Below, piece after piece: positions 1-26,889 of a stretch of DNA of 64,000 nt. The stretch lies in the NCBI GenBank assembly GCA_012295275.1, contig CM022669.1, positions 11,780,001-11,844,000 of the forward strand, written 5' to 3'. Position 1 is the stretch's first letter; every line of letters starts with the position of its first letter. Under the pieces are notes generated by a model, which did no database searches, was not told the origin of the DNA, and saw only the letters and a list, made by a program, of their open reading frames with translations. The translations under genes and the position numbers were made by a program. Source of the DNA: Chrysomallon squamiferum (taxonomy: Eukaryota > Animalia > Mollusca).

Positions 1-298
1 CTTTACTAGATGATTTAGATGTTTATTTTAAACATCTATTATTTTTAGGATATTATGGATACTATTTCTTCCTTTGAATAGTTCAAAGAAATATTAATAG
101 TATCACTTTTTCCAAAGATTTCACTATGAAAGGCAGTAAGTGGCAAGTAAACTAAAAATTTCAGAATTATTTAATTACAATTAATTGCTTTATTAGGCAA
201 GACTTTAAAATATCTAAATATTTTATGTTTTTCATGCTATAATTCAAAACTATAATTTTTTATATGAGGATATTAAAGATAATATTTTATTTCTTTAG

Positions 299-10637
<10,339 letters not shown>

Positions 10638-11989
10638 CATAGAAATGTCACAGATATATAGGAGAAAAATCAGAGGCCAGGTGACAAAAAAAACATCTGG
10701 GACTGATAATCATATCTCAAGATTGTTTTCTTCTTATCAACAGCAGTTGGATACTTGTAAAGATCTTAATGACCTTTGTTTAAATTAGACGTTGGAACTT
10801 TATTTTGTTTATCGTAAGACTAGATTGATGATGAAATATCATGAACATTACCAAATTCTAATGAAATTGTTCACCTAAGAATATATGAAAGGAAAGAACA
10901 AATTTGATAAACCTAATGAACTTTTTTCAGTTGCAAATTCAAAACCAATTAATGCAGATGGTTTTTGAAATATTATCATAATTTTATTTATATTTTAAGT
11001 TTATCAGTTGCTATAAATTGTATTTATAATACTTTATTATCCTGTTTTAGCACATAATGAATTCTATATACACTGAAATTTGTTTAATTTTAATGCTTCT
11101 GAATTCAGTTTGGCAGTAGCAAATAAAATATTTCTAATATATTTAGTTTAAACAATTTATTGCTGTAATAAATTGCCAATGTAATACAGTTTTAATATTT
11201 TTATTATACCAGTAAAATGCTGAAAATAAAATGTTTTGCTTACATTTTTGTTGTATATTTTGTTCATCTATATACTTTTTTTCTTTTTTTTTACTAAATG
11301 GCAAGGAAAGATATGCCAGACTTAACACATTTTAACCTCTTCACTATGGTGAAGAAACCGATATCAAATTAATTTTTATTTAATCTCTTACAGAAGTAGA
11401 TGCTACCCAAAGCATTATTTAGGACCTATTAACATGTGTTGCAATAGACAGGGAGATTCTAATCTAATATATATATATAGATGAAGTTGAAATCATAAAG
11501 TTAAACATAACACTCAAGAGTTGTAAGATTAAAAGAAAAAACACATCCTTAATTTGTCATATTCCATTATACACTGTTGATCACCCATATAAATTCAAAC
11601 AATCGGACTGGAATGCTATAATTAAAGACACTAAAAAGGAAAGTAGTTTAAACAATAAAATTAATTGGATAAATTATGAGATTATGTCATGGGATGTTTC
11701 CTAAAAGTGACTAGAAGCAGTCATGCCCTTACCAGAATTTAGAGTATGAAAATCAATATTAACATTAACCCTTGGAAATATTTTATGCAAGTTTTATTGC
11801 TGATATTAGAATCAAAAGCATTTGCAGTGTTAATAGAAGGGTACCTATTGACATCCTTTTAAAGGAATTCTTTTTTGTTTTATTTTTATATAACATGAAA
11901 TTTGTTTCACAGATGTACAAATAAATCGCAATAACAATTCATGATTTACAATTTATTGCACAATAATAGATGATATCAAAAATAAAAAG

Positions 11990-12367
11990 GTTCATAAATA
12001 TATAATGTAGAAAACAAGATTTTACAAAAGATTTCATTGTGAATGTTACTTTCAATATGAAATAGGTTTCATTTAAAAAAAAAAAAAAAATTAAATGAAC
12101 CCAAAAAAAACATTTCAACACATTTAACAAAATTTTAGCAGTACATGAAACAAACAGAAAAAAGATGAAGATGTTCATAAATATATAATGGAGAAAACAA
12201 GATTTTACAAAAGATTTCATTGTGAATGATACTTTCAATATGAAATAGGTTTCATTAAAAAATAATAATAATAAATAAAAAAAAAAAAAAAAAAAAAAAA
12301 AAAACATTTCAACACATTTTTTTAACAATATTTTAGCAGTACATGAAACAAACAGAAAAAAGATGAA
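11990..12367. repeat. Tandem duplication, 2 copies of a ~183-195 bp unit, in the probable POLR2M 3' UTR
   Basis: GTTCATAAATATATAATG(T/G)AGAAAACAAGATTTTACAAAAGATTTCATTGTGAATG...TTTTAGCAGTACATGAAACAAACAGAAAAAAGATGAA starts at 11990 and again at 12173; the copies differ mainly in the A-rich tract. Confidence 0.9.
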
Positions 12368-12675
12368 ATTAACAAAACAATTTTAAATGATTAATGAAAA
12401 TGAAAATAAATAACATGGCTTGGATTAAAGCTGTTCCAGTATAAAAAAAAAGACTGATTTTTTAAATTTCGCAATCCATTAAGTTTTAAGCACAGAGTTG
12501 ACTTTCTTCATTCCTACTTGCATTATTCAGACTTTAAAGGTCAATTCCCAACTTAAAACCATCTTCAAGGTACCAATTTGTCACTGAATATTAATTTTTT
12601 ATCAGTACACCACAATTCAGCAGCAAGCAGATTCAAAAGAACAGAAAACAAAGATGAGATCTAAATTGTTCATGA

Positions 12676-14992
12676 TCAATCATTACTTTCATAACCAGTT
12701 TGTTCAGGTTCATCATCACTGTCAGTTTCACAATTTTCATCTTTACGATAGCTGTTAGTGGGTTAAGGTTTCATTCAGATAAAACACAAATATATTTTGA
12801 TAGTGAAAATTTCAAAAAGTTTCAAATATTATTTTGTCTTCAGTGACTTCAATAAAGAGTTTCTTATATACATCCGGTTAAAAACAATTTCAAATTGAAC
12901 AAAAATATAAATAAATAGCAAATATATAAATAACTTCCTCAAACTGAAAATATTAACTTCAAATATTATTTTAAAAGGATACTTCATGTCTGTTCCCTCT
13001 GGATTGTAGTTATCCATTTTTATATGCAAACGTGCTGCCAAGCGATCAGCTGCCTGTTTGGTCTGAAGCTCCTGTTTCAAGAAAATAAAGTAATCCACAA
13101 TTAAACTGTGTTAGGTGACAGATTCTACAAACTACAATTTAAATATTTACTAATGCATTCATTATCTGTATTATTAATACATTGTTAATACTGTATTATT
13201 AATAAATTGTTAAAACCAATTGTATCTCTTAATACTAATAGATTTAAACCCAAAAGAAACATTATATCATCAAGAATCATTAATGAAGACATTACCTAAG
13301 GGTTCTTCCAAGTTAAAAACTATTTTGTGACTATTTTTGTATTTTTAAGAAATAGATATTTTTAATTAGGTTTTAAAATTAAAATTTATAATTTTTTTTA
13401 TTTTTGTTAATTGTCATGCCCAAAAAACAAAAAATATATGTATATATACTGAGATACAAATAAAAAACATATAATGACAGATAATATTTATCTAAAAATA
13501 AATGCCATTACAGGATCATTATAAAAAGTTGATTTAACAAGATAACAAGTAAACAATTCCATATTTACAAACTAAACAAACCAGTCTACAACAAAATATT
13601 TTTTGTACGATCAGAATCTTCCAACATATTTCCAAACACACCTCAAGCTTTTTCCTTTGCTCATCAACCAATTTTATCGATTCCTCAATAGAAATCATCC
13701 GAGCCGAGCTAAATTTGTGTGGTGGGATATGTACTGCTGATTCATCGAAAAAAACACTTCTGCCTGGCTGGCTGTGTTTCTGATCAGTGTCACTCAAATC
13801 CATACTAACAACATCTTTATTATGTGAACTCTTTCCTCTCAGTTTTGATTTATGCTTATATTTGTCAGGTAGTTCTTCAATATTTGATATCTTCAAAGTA
13901 CTAAAAGCAATTTTGAAAATGAATAAAGAAAATGAAGGTTCTGGAAATTATAATATTTTGTTATTTTGTTTTTCTAACATTTTTCTGTTTTTCAAAACTT
14001 TAAATATGCATTTCATCAATTAAAAAGAATAATAAAATATTGGACTGCATCAAAGAAGCAATAATTACCATATAACTATTCAATAATTACCAAAATAAGA
14101 AAAAAATGTATGTATTTATTATTTATAGTTAAAATATTACTAATAATACATTAATCATAATTATACATCAGTCTAAAAGTTAGAAGTCCTAAAAATATGT
14201 ATTTGATAAACAGTTTTACATTTTCATCTTAAATTTTACTTACGCTAATATTATAATTCAAACATGATGATAATGTCAAATTGGACATTTTATACAGATC
14301 TGCTAACTGTACCTGTTTGGTTTGAACAAAACCCTTTTGGTTCTCTGGTCTGCTTTTAGAATCACTCTGTTGTAACTGTTTATGTATTCATCACTCTGAT
14401 GTTTGTCAGAACTGTTTACATCAGCACCTTTAGAGGATACTGCTATCCTTTCAAATTCTTTACTGAGATCATCAGCTACATCCATCGTTTCTTGCGAAGT
14501 CTGCATACAAGACGTGTCGTTTTGTGCTAATGAAACATTTTTATCCCGAAGACTTTCAAAAACTGACTGTTTGACATTTTTAATGTTTTGACAAGAAGGA
14601 GTTTCAACATGTGAACCTGTTCTTTCACTTATCAGCTGGTTTAGTTTTTTTATAAATAATTTTATCTTTTCACCTTTGTCTGGAAGACTTGCCACAAACT
14701 GCCTGGAAATAATGAAATAAATTTTATTAAAACTTCTGGTATATTATTTTAACTTCATGAATGTATTATTCGATAATACACTTTTCAAAATCAGCTGAAA
14801 TTCAATTAGAAAATTTATAAATTACTACTGTTTGAATTTAAACCATAAATCTGGGTCAATATGAATTACACTGAGTTATCAAACTAACTTTTGTGATATA
14901 ATTTTTTGTTGTCTTTGAAGTAGATCTTTCAATTCAGGCAAAGTCTTTTCTTCAAGACTGCCCAAGTAGCCCTGCTTCTCCCCTGATGCCAT
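12676..14992 (-). CDS. POLR2M: RNA polymerase II subunit GRINL1A / Gdown1 (305 aa)
   Basis: Exons 14992-14889, 14702-14313, 13900-13642, 13071-12983, 12751-12676 sum to 918 nt in consistent phase. N-terminus LEEKTLPELKDLLQRQQKIISQKQFVASLPDKGEKI has the Gdown1 LPDKG motif; C-terminus AADRLAARLHIKMDNYNPEG...YR plus an acidic tail matches the Gdown1 C-terminal motif. Confidence 0.88.
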
Positions 14993-15359
14993 CTGAAAAA
15001 AAATGTCTAACTGCAACAATTAATTATTATTAATTTCTAACTAATAATTTTGAGTAAGTATAAAATACACTTCAAAATAATAAAATATTTATTTTTCAAC
15101 ATGGGGTTTCAGATGTGAAAAAAATAATTAGCTTTATAGTAATATTTTATCTGAATTAAAAAACTTATATTATTTATTGTTATTTAAAGCAGCTGTGCAG
15201 GTTTACAGTAATACATGAATCAAACGTCAATTACGAACTAAGTTAAATCCGAACCGATCGACTGAATCAAAAACTGACAATATTTGTATTCACTTTATTT
15301 GTTAACATAAAAATAGTATATATCATACCAGAAAGTAATAGGTATAACTGATTATAGCA

Positions 15360-15480
15360 ATACGTGAAATCTCACTGAACTCTATCAAAAAAAATATACA
15401 TTTTGTTACGATCAACTTGACGCTTGAATATTCCCAAACGTTCTAAACTGACTTCCGGTTTCACGAAGTTATACGCAATT
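15360..15480 (-). promoter_or_regulatory. Probable POLR2M promoter / non-coding first exon with an ETS (GABP-type) site
   Basis: CCGGAAGT on the minus strand at 15451-15458 within a locally CpG-retaining patch. The POLR2M ATG directly follows a splice acceptor (TTTTTCAG|ATG), which implies an upstream non-coding exon. Confidence 0.45.
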
Positions 15481-16683
15481 TTTGTTTCTTTGATGCCAGC
15501 GTTATACACATGGATATAATTATATTCAAAGAAAATATAAATAATTAAATAATAATTCTCAGAAAAATGGTGGGGGATCCTGTTTCTTGTTTCTTTAAAT
15601 GCTATAATTTCGTTAAAATAAATAAATAAATAATTCCAGGAAGGTTTGTTTTTGTTATTTCTGTGTGTTTTTTTTTTATTATTTTTTTTTTATTTATTTA
15701 TTTTATGTAGTATTAACATCATTCGAGAAAATTTTATCACATGCGAACTTCATATATTTAAACTTATTATATTCGCAAAATTTATATATCTATAAACTGA
15801 GAACGATAAAAATTCTATTTATTTATTTATTTACTTCAGATATGTTATGGACCAACAGTTATATGCATTCACCCCAAACATTTAGTGAAGCATGTACGAC
15901 AACCTTTAATAAACTAGTCGCAAAGAAACGGCCAAATGGCACTTAGAGCAGGACGGATAACGTAATCCATCGTACCGAACTCCTGCACTCCAATCATTCA
16001 CGCCCAACTCACACTTGTCAAAAAGCTGATATGGCGGCGTGGGGGGACAAAACAAACAAATAAATTAATTAATTAATTAAATAAATAATAATAGTAATTT
16101 TTAAAAAGAAAGGAAAGGAAGACCGAAAGCAAATTTTAAGGAGATTTCAGTTTAAATAATATACAGATCTATTTAAAAATTAGAGAAGTTATTCTGAAAT
16201 TTTGTTTAGATAAAAAACATGAAACGTTCAGTTTGCCAGGGAAAAAATTCAAAGTATTGTTATATGGAACTAATATTTTGATGAAGTAAAATGGATATAA
16301 AGTATGAAAATTCGATTTAAAAAAAAAAAATATGTCAAAATAAAATAACAAGTAAATTTGAATGAAGTAACATGAAAATAAAATCGAGATGGAAATAAAC
16401 TTTAAAGAAGTAACAAGGATTGTAAATTAAATAGGTGGCGCTAAGATTTACAGAAAATAATGTAAAAATGACTGTATTACGAAAAATAGTTTCATTTTAT
16501 CATTAAAATGTACATGTGTCTGATTTTATTTTAGTAAAGTTTTGTTTTGGGTTATTTTAAGTATCATTTGGAATATACTGCACGCGTGTAAAAAGCCGAT
16601 ATGACTGCAGATTGCTTTATTAAATATAAGTTGTTATACAAATAGAATATTTTGTTTTATATACTCCATGTATATGCTATTAG

Positions 16684-16686
<3 letters not shown>

Positions 16687-16756
<70 letters not shown>
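16687..16756. repeat. (AG)n microsatellite
   Basis: Uninterrupted AG dinucleotide run. Confidence 0.95.
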
Positions 16757-16761
<5 letters not shown>

Positions 16762-16964
16762 AAAGAGGGGAAAGCATGAATTTTAAAGATATTTCGAGAA
16801 AAAAAAGAATAACTAAAAAGTAATCATTGATGATTTGCATATGACGGTTCGATCACAAACCCTTTGGTACTTCACGTATATGTAAATAATTCTCAATAAC
16901 GTTGTAGCTGTTGTCAATCCTAGTGTCAGAGATATCCATAACAAGACAAGCCTATATAACCTTT

Positions 16965-17011
<47 letters not shown>

Positions 17012-17173
17012 CTGGTCTCAAATAATGTCAGTAGCAAGGACAGCCTAGCATGATTTCGGGTCAGCGCGATTAGTATACATATTTTATACTAACATGAATA
17101 ATAGTAGGACATCTGTTTATGATATACAGATAGTTTCTGTGGGTTTTGAGTGTGTATAAACAACTCGGGAAAG

Positions 17174-17741
17174 ATGGATCTACTGCTCGTTGTAGAGTGG
17201 GCTACTGTTGTTACAACTTTTCTCATGTTTGCTTCTGGCATGTAAGTAGCTGTTAAAAGTGCAACTGCGCAATGCAGTGCCTGAACATGTTAAAATAAAA
17301 CTTTATATACAGAGAGAGAGTTTGAATATGTGAAGTTATCTGTGACAAGTGACTGTTTCGCATATTGCACAGACTTTTATTTTATTTCAGTTATTTTATT
17401 TTATATACTAAACACAATATCTAATGTCAGAATTTTTGATTTGCGTTAAAAGTTTCTTATCGTCATTTTACCAGTTTTATTCTCTTCGTTTTCTTTCTGC
17501 CTTTCTTCTTCTTAATTAATTGATTTATTTATTTAGATAGTTATCTTTATTTATTTTATTATTTTTGGGTTGTTTTCTTTTTGTTTCATAAAAACACATA
17601 AAGTTCAACAAGAATACACTTGTGAACTTAACTAAAGTAAATAAGTTCAATATACGCTTCAAACAGACGTTTTTAACAGTTTGCTTATTTCTTCCGAATT
17701 TGATTCTGTCGTCTGCTCCCCATAACAGCAGCCTGTTATTA

Positions 17742-17783
<42 letters not shown>

Positions 17784-18171
17784 GGCAGGAACACTACAAC
17801 GGAGGCAATTATGAGACGATATAATATATTATATTTATTTTATTAAATGCAGATAATTTTTACTTAGTGATGTGTGTGTGTGTGTGTGTGTGTGTTTATA
17901 CTTACTTGTGTACTTACTTACGCTAAATACATTGTTTCGACCACTTGCATAATAGGTTTAACGCCACACGCATGATTAGAAAAGAATTGTTAGACCCTTA
18001 TTGTTAATAAATATATTTTATGAAAAGCTTTTTCTTGCTTAATAAAAGTATTAATGAATATAAAGTGTTTTGTTGTTAAAGATTCATTGAAAGCTTTTAT
18101 ACAAATCGATAAATTTTTGTACTATCGACTAAGTTTCTACCGTAAATGCTAATGCTAAATAAATAAATGAA

Positions 18172-18202
<31 letters not shown>

Positions 18203-18450
18203 ACTGCATGCTTTACCAAATGATAATATGATAGTTATGATCAAATATGACACTTTTTTTTTAACACTATAAAACAATTGTTGTTTTTAATTCAGACTGT
18301 GTAATTAAAAACGCACACACACATTCCACACACATTTACATTCAATCACTCTCTTGTTCCCTGTCAATATGTCAATATGGTTTAGGTTTCTGAAACAATG
18401 TATAAGTGTTTATAAATTGAAAATAACAAACCTTACAGGATAACTGAATG

Positions 18451-18533
<83 letters not shown>

Positions 18534-18946
18534 TTCTCTAGTTCTTTATTTATTAGTCTACCTGTCTGTTTGTCTCTCGGTTTGTCTGTCTATCTGTATT
18601 TTCCTTTCTCATATTAATTTCTACAGTTCTATGCCGTAAAGGTATTTTGTTTGTTTAAAGTTTAATTATTTATTTTCAGTCCTCTATGTGTTAGTATGTG
18701 GAAAACGAATAACACCAAAAACGTACCTTTCATCTTCTTCATTGTCAACATCATTATGTAAGTATGGGATTATAAACATCCAAAGGTATATCCATCTGTC
18801 TGACTAATCTAGGCTAGTGTGCAGTTATGTAGTTACATGTTAATTAACTTTTTATTAACGAATTCTGAATATTTTCCTGTACCTAATTTCTGTTTAGATT
18901 TATTGACTTTATAGGATAGAAACGGGGATGTTGAAAAGTGTAATTT

Positions 18947-19030
<84 letters not shown>

Positions 19031-20139
19031 TGTAACTGATGTTTGACAGAATAACATTAAAGCTTGTTTCTAATAAAAATTACTCACAGTAAGTGGGCTG
19101 TAATTGGAGAAATGTAGTGTAATATTTTAGATCTGTTATAAAAATATTTTCTAAATAATTAGAAATGTGATATATCATGATACAGTTAAAAATTTATTTC
19201 GAATTTGATCTTTATCATAATTCAGTACTAATGCAGTATTAATAACATACACATTTTGTTGTATTTGCAGTTCAGTTATAGCGCTGATTTACGGATTACT
19301 GACGTACAACGCTCTACTGATACTGATCAACGTCGTAGGGACAGCGATGTGGGCAGTCTACGCTCTTACGTATTTGTACATCAGTAAGGAAAAAGTAAAA
19401 ACACTAATACCGGAATTTTGTAAAATTGATTTTTTTTTTAAATTTTAATAGTAATTCCTTTAACTTCATTATTTATTTATTTATTTATTTATTTATTATT
19501 ATTATTATTAATCATATTATTTTTAAAATATATATATATATATTTCCTCTTATTTCCTCTTAATATATCTATATATCTGTAGCTATATGCATGTATGTGG
19601 TTGAGTGAATCAGAAAGAACGAGAGGGATGTGTAAGTAAAAAAAAAAAAAAAAAAAAACAAAAAAAAAAAAAAAAAAAAAAAACAATTGATTATGAATAT
19701 GCATCCACTTACTGAAATAAATAATTAATTTTAATTATAGATGTAACATACGATATAATGATTTTCAGAACAAAGCAGTTTTACAGCTGTTAGTGGGAAC
19801 GATACTGTTGCTTGGACATTTCGTTTACTTGAAACATTTCGCCAGCACACCTGAAGAGTTTATTAATCAACTTGGCTTCCTATTGTTTATCTGGGGAAAT
19901 ATCGGAATTCTCACACCCACACTGGATATTGTGAGTTGTGTATTATAATCAGTATAATAATTATTAATCGTAGTTTATAAAAAAAATAATAATAATAATA
20001 TTAATAAATAAATAAATAATAATCAAAAAATCTATTCAACACAAACTGGATTACTATAGCTGATATAAAATAATAATGATAATAATAATAAATAATAATA
20101 ATAATAACAAATACAAACATAATAAACATGATGATGATG

Positions 20140-20171
<32 letters not shown>

Positions 20172-20179
20172 CAATGATG

Positions 20180-20238
<59 letters not shown>

Positions 20239-20861
20239 GAACAAGAACAAGAAGAAAAGATAATACAATAACTTAATTGAAAAACCTTTTTGTTGAGACA
20301 CCTCCTCCCAATAAGAAAGAACAACAAACAACAAAAACAACTACAATAACAACAACAACACAACCAACAACAATAAAAACACTCTATTCCGGCTCATTAT
20401 AACTTTAATGTACTTTCAGTGGAAGAATTTGAATTTTTTTTTCTTTTCATTTCAGATTGATGTCATCAAGGAAAAGAGTTCGGATGATATGTCTCTGTCT
20501 TTGTTATTTGGTGGGACTGTAGCGCCACGTGGTTGCTATACGGCTATTTAATAAAAGACGTTTATATTTATGTAAGTTTACAAGCATACATACATACATA
20601 TGCACATACTTAACATCATTCAACTGCATCAAAGACTCGAAAAACATGATTAATTTGTTAAATTTTCTAAAATTAAATTATACTAGATTTAAAATTAATT
20701 ATACAGTGGTACTTTGTATAAGCAGTATTATCATACAGTGGTTAACCTAAGTCAAAACTACTTTGCCCGTATACATTATTATCTCAATACATTCTCATAA
20801 TCACACGAAACTGACGTATCCAAGGAATAATCCTGTTATGTAAAATCTTGCTATTATATAT

Positions 20862-20924
<63 letters not shown>

Positions 20925-21065
20925 ATGCACACATTAAATTTTGTGTTTATGTTGCAGGCGCCTAACATCCCGGGACTGGCTGTTAGTGCCGCGAAAATTG
21001 TGGCTTTGTTTGTGTACCGAGGTGGATCCAAAAAATATGTCTACGGTGCATCAGCCCTAGCTTAA
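17174..21065 (+). CDS. SLC50A1: SWEET1-like (MtN3/saliva) sugar transporter, divergent; exon 5 frameshifted in this sequence (possible null allele, pseudogene or assembly error)
   Basis: Exons 17174-17241 (MDLLLVVEWATVVTTFLMFASG), 18680-18757 (PLCVSMWKTNNTKNVPFIFF), 19271-19394 (LIYGLLTYNALLILINVVG), 19769-19930 (QLGFLLFIWGNIGILTPTLDI), 20456-20571 (IDVIKEKSSDDMSLSL.../CSATWLLYGYLIKDVYIY), 20958-21065 (APNIPGLAVS...stop). Two MtN3 repeats with YG and N-x-x-G motifs. Internal exons of 78/124/162 nt match human SLC50A1 as I recall it. The gene is missed by the ORF track. Confidence 0.85.
18454..18525. repeat. (GA)n microsatellite in SWEET intron 1
   Basis: Direct reading. Confidence 0.95.
18953..19025. 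repeat. (AG)n microsatellite in SWEET intron 2
   Basis: Direct reading. Confidence 0.95.
20070..20232. repeat. Compound (AAT)n/(ATG)n microsatellite in SWEET intron 4
   Basis: Direct reading; gives rise to spurious poly-Ile/Leu/Tyr ORFs. Confidence 0.9.
20865..20922. repeat. (AC)n microsatellite in SWEET intron 5
   Basis: Direct reading. Confidence 0.95.
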
Positions 21066-22115
21066 AAGATTAAAATTAATAAACAATATTTAAAAAAAAG
21101 ACATTTGTATCTAAATTAAGAGATGACAACTAGTTACATATAATAATATACGTACGATTATCAATATTTTCAGAGAACTGGCGTTGGATATGAATTTTAT
21201 TTTATTTTATTTTATTAATTTAGACACTTTAAATAAAAACTTTAAAAAATCTTCTTCTTCTTCTTCTTCTTCTTCTTATCTAAAGTTTTATATTAAATGT
21301 GACGTGCATGTAATCATGTATCTAAGATAAGCATGGAGAGGTGGAAATAAAAGAAAGAAATAAAGCATTTTTACACATTTCACATGGCTTGATTATTTAT
21401 TTTCACTCACAATAAGTTTGTGAATGTTTAGCATATTAAATTCTGTGAGATATATGATGTAAAACAAACAGCACAAATTATTTCATCTAACGTGTGTGTT
21501 AGTGTATGAAGTATGTACTTCAGTGTGCGTTTGTATATGCGCGCACGTACGTTTAATAGGTGAGTCCATTCTGAAAAAGAAGTACATTTAAGCATACAAA
21601 GTTTAAGAAGAGAAAACAGATAATAAATAAATAAATAAATAACAATTGTCTTATACAGTGAAAACATCTCTAGAAGAGTTGTAATGCTTCTTTATATATT
21701 ATCTTGGCATTTCGATTGCTTTATGTCAAAAAAAATAATAATAATAATAATAATAAAGATAAATTCATGCCTAGAACTTAAAATAACTTCTGAAATAACG
21801 TAACTCGAACTAATTAAAGTACTTTTAATATCTGTTATTATTATTTTCTTTTTTTATGTTTATTTTTATTTTAATTTTTTGGGGGTGGGTTGGGGTTTTT
21901 TTTAACTCAAAAATAAAAGTCAAGAAGAAAACAATGGATTTATTGTTTGTTTTATTCTTGCATTTTATTGTTGGAAACTCAAATTTTTATATCTCATTCT
22001 AATAAATTGAAGTATATGCCTGTGTTTGGAAATTATGAATCCATATAAAAAATAAAAATAAAAAGTAAACAGTAATAATAATAATAAATAAAAAAGTAAT
22101 AATAATAATAATAAT

Positions 22116-22158
<43 letters not shown>

Positions 22159-22247
22159 AATAAAATATAAATGTATACAAAAATGTAAAATAAAATCGTA
22201 TGCTATCCAGTTACAATGTAAGTCAATTTAGTATGAGTATGACGGGT

Positions 22248-22285
<38 letters not shown>

Positions 22286-22479
22286 CTTTTATTAATTTTA
22301 TCGTTTATTTTGGAAGCTTAACTCTTTTCTTTGGGGGTGGTATATTTGTTATTCTCTTTTGCATATGAACTAAAATATATATATATATATATATGCTTTC
22401 TGTTGCCTCATTGATTTTCTTTTAAATGCTCTTTGTATAGGAAAACGCTGTTTATGTGTGATAGGAAAAGAAGGAATTC

Positions 22480-22576
22480 GAGGTACGAAAACACAAGACG
22501 GGGTTTCCATACTTCCTGTTCACGGCCTCTGCCTGATACACGACCATTTTGGTCGAGAAAGTTGAGAAGTGTTGTC
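22480..22576 (+). promoter_or_regulatory. ATP5F1A core promoter / 5' UTR with ETS-like and YY1-like motifs
   Basis: CpG-retaining patch just upstream of the ATG at 22577; ACTTCCTG at 22511-22518; CCATTTT inside the inverted repeat CGACCA-TTT-TGGTCG at 22541-22555. Confidence 0.45.
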
Positions 22577-26666
<4,090 letters not shown>

Positions 26667-26851
26667 TGAGATACTACTTAGGACATAACTGACATTTTTG
26701 AAGTGTATAGTAGTGCTGTACTTTAAAATATAATGTGTGGAAGTTCAGCATCATCAATGTGACTGTGGTGATGCATGTATTTTGGAATTTGTACATTTAT
26801 TCCATAAGAAATGGAAAAGAAATGAAAATAAAAAGATCAGGACTTTTGATT

Positions 26852-26889
<38 letters not shown>

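Noticed and set aside
49-146. Possible additional BLM exon after TTTTTAG at 48
   Set aside because: All three frames hit stops before a donor.
19384-19389. Stronger-looking donor GTAAGG in SWEET exon 3
   Set aside because: Gives phase 1 and a stop in exon 4; the donor at 19395 keeps the frame.
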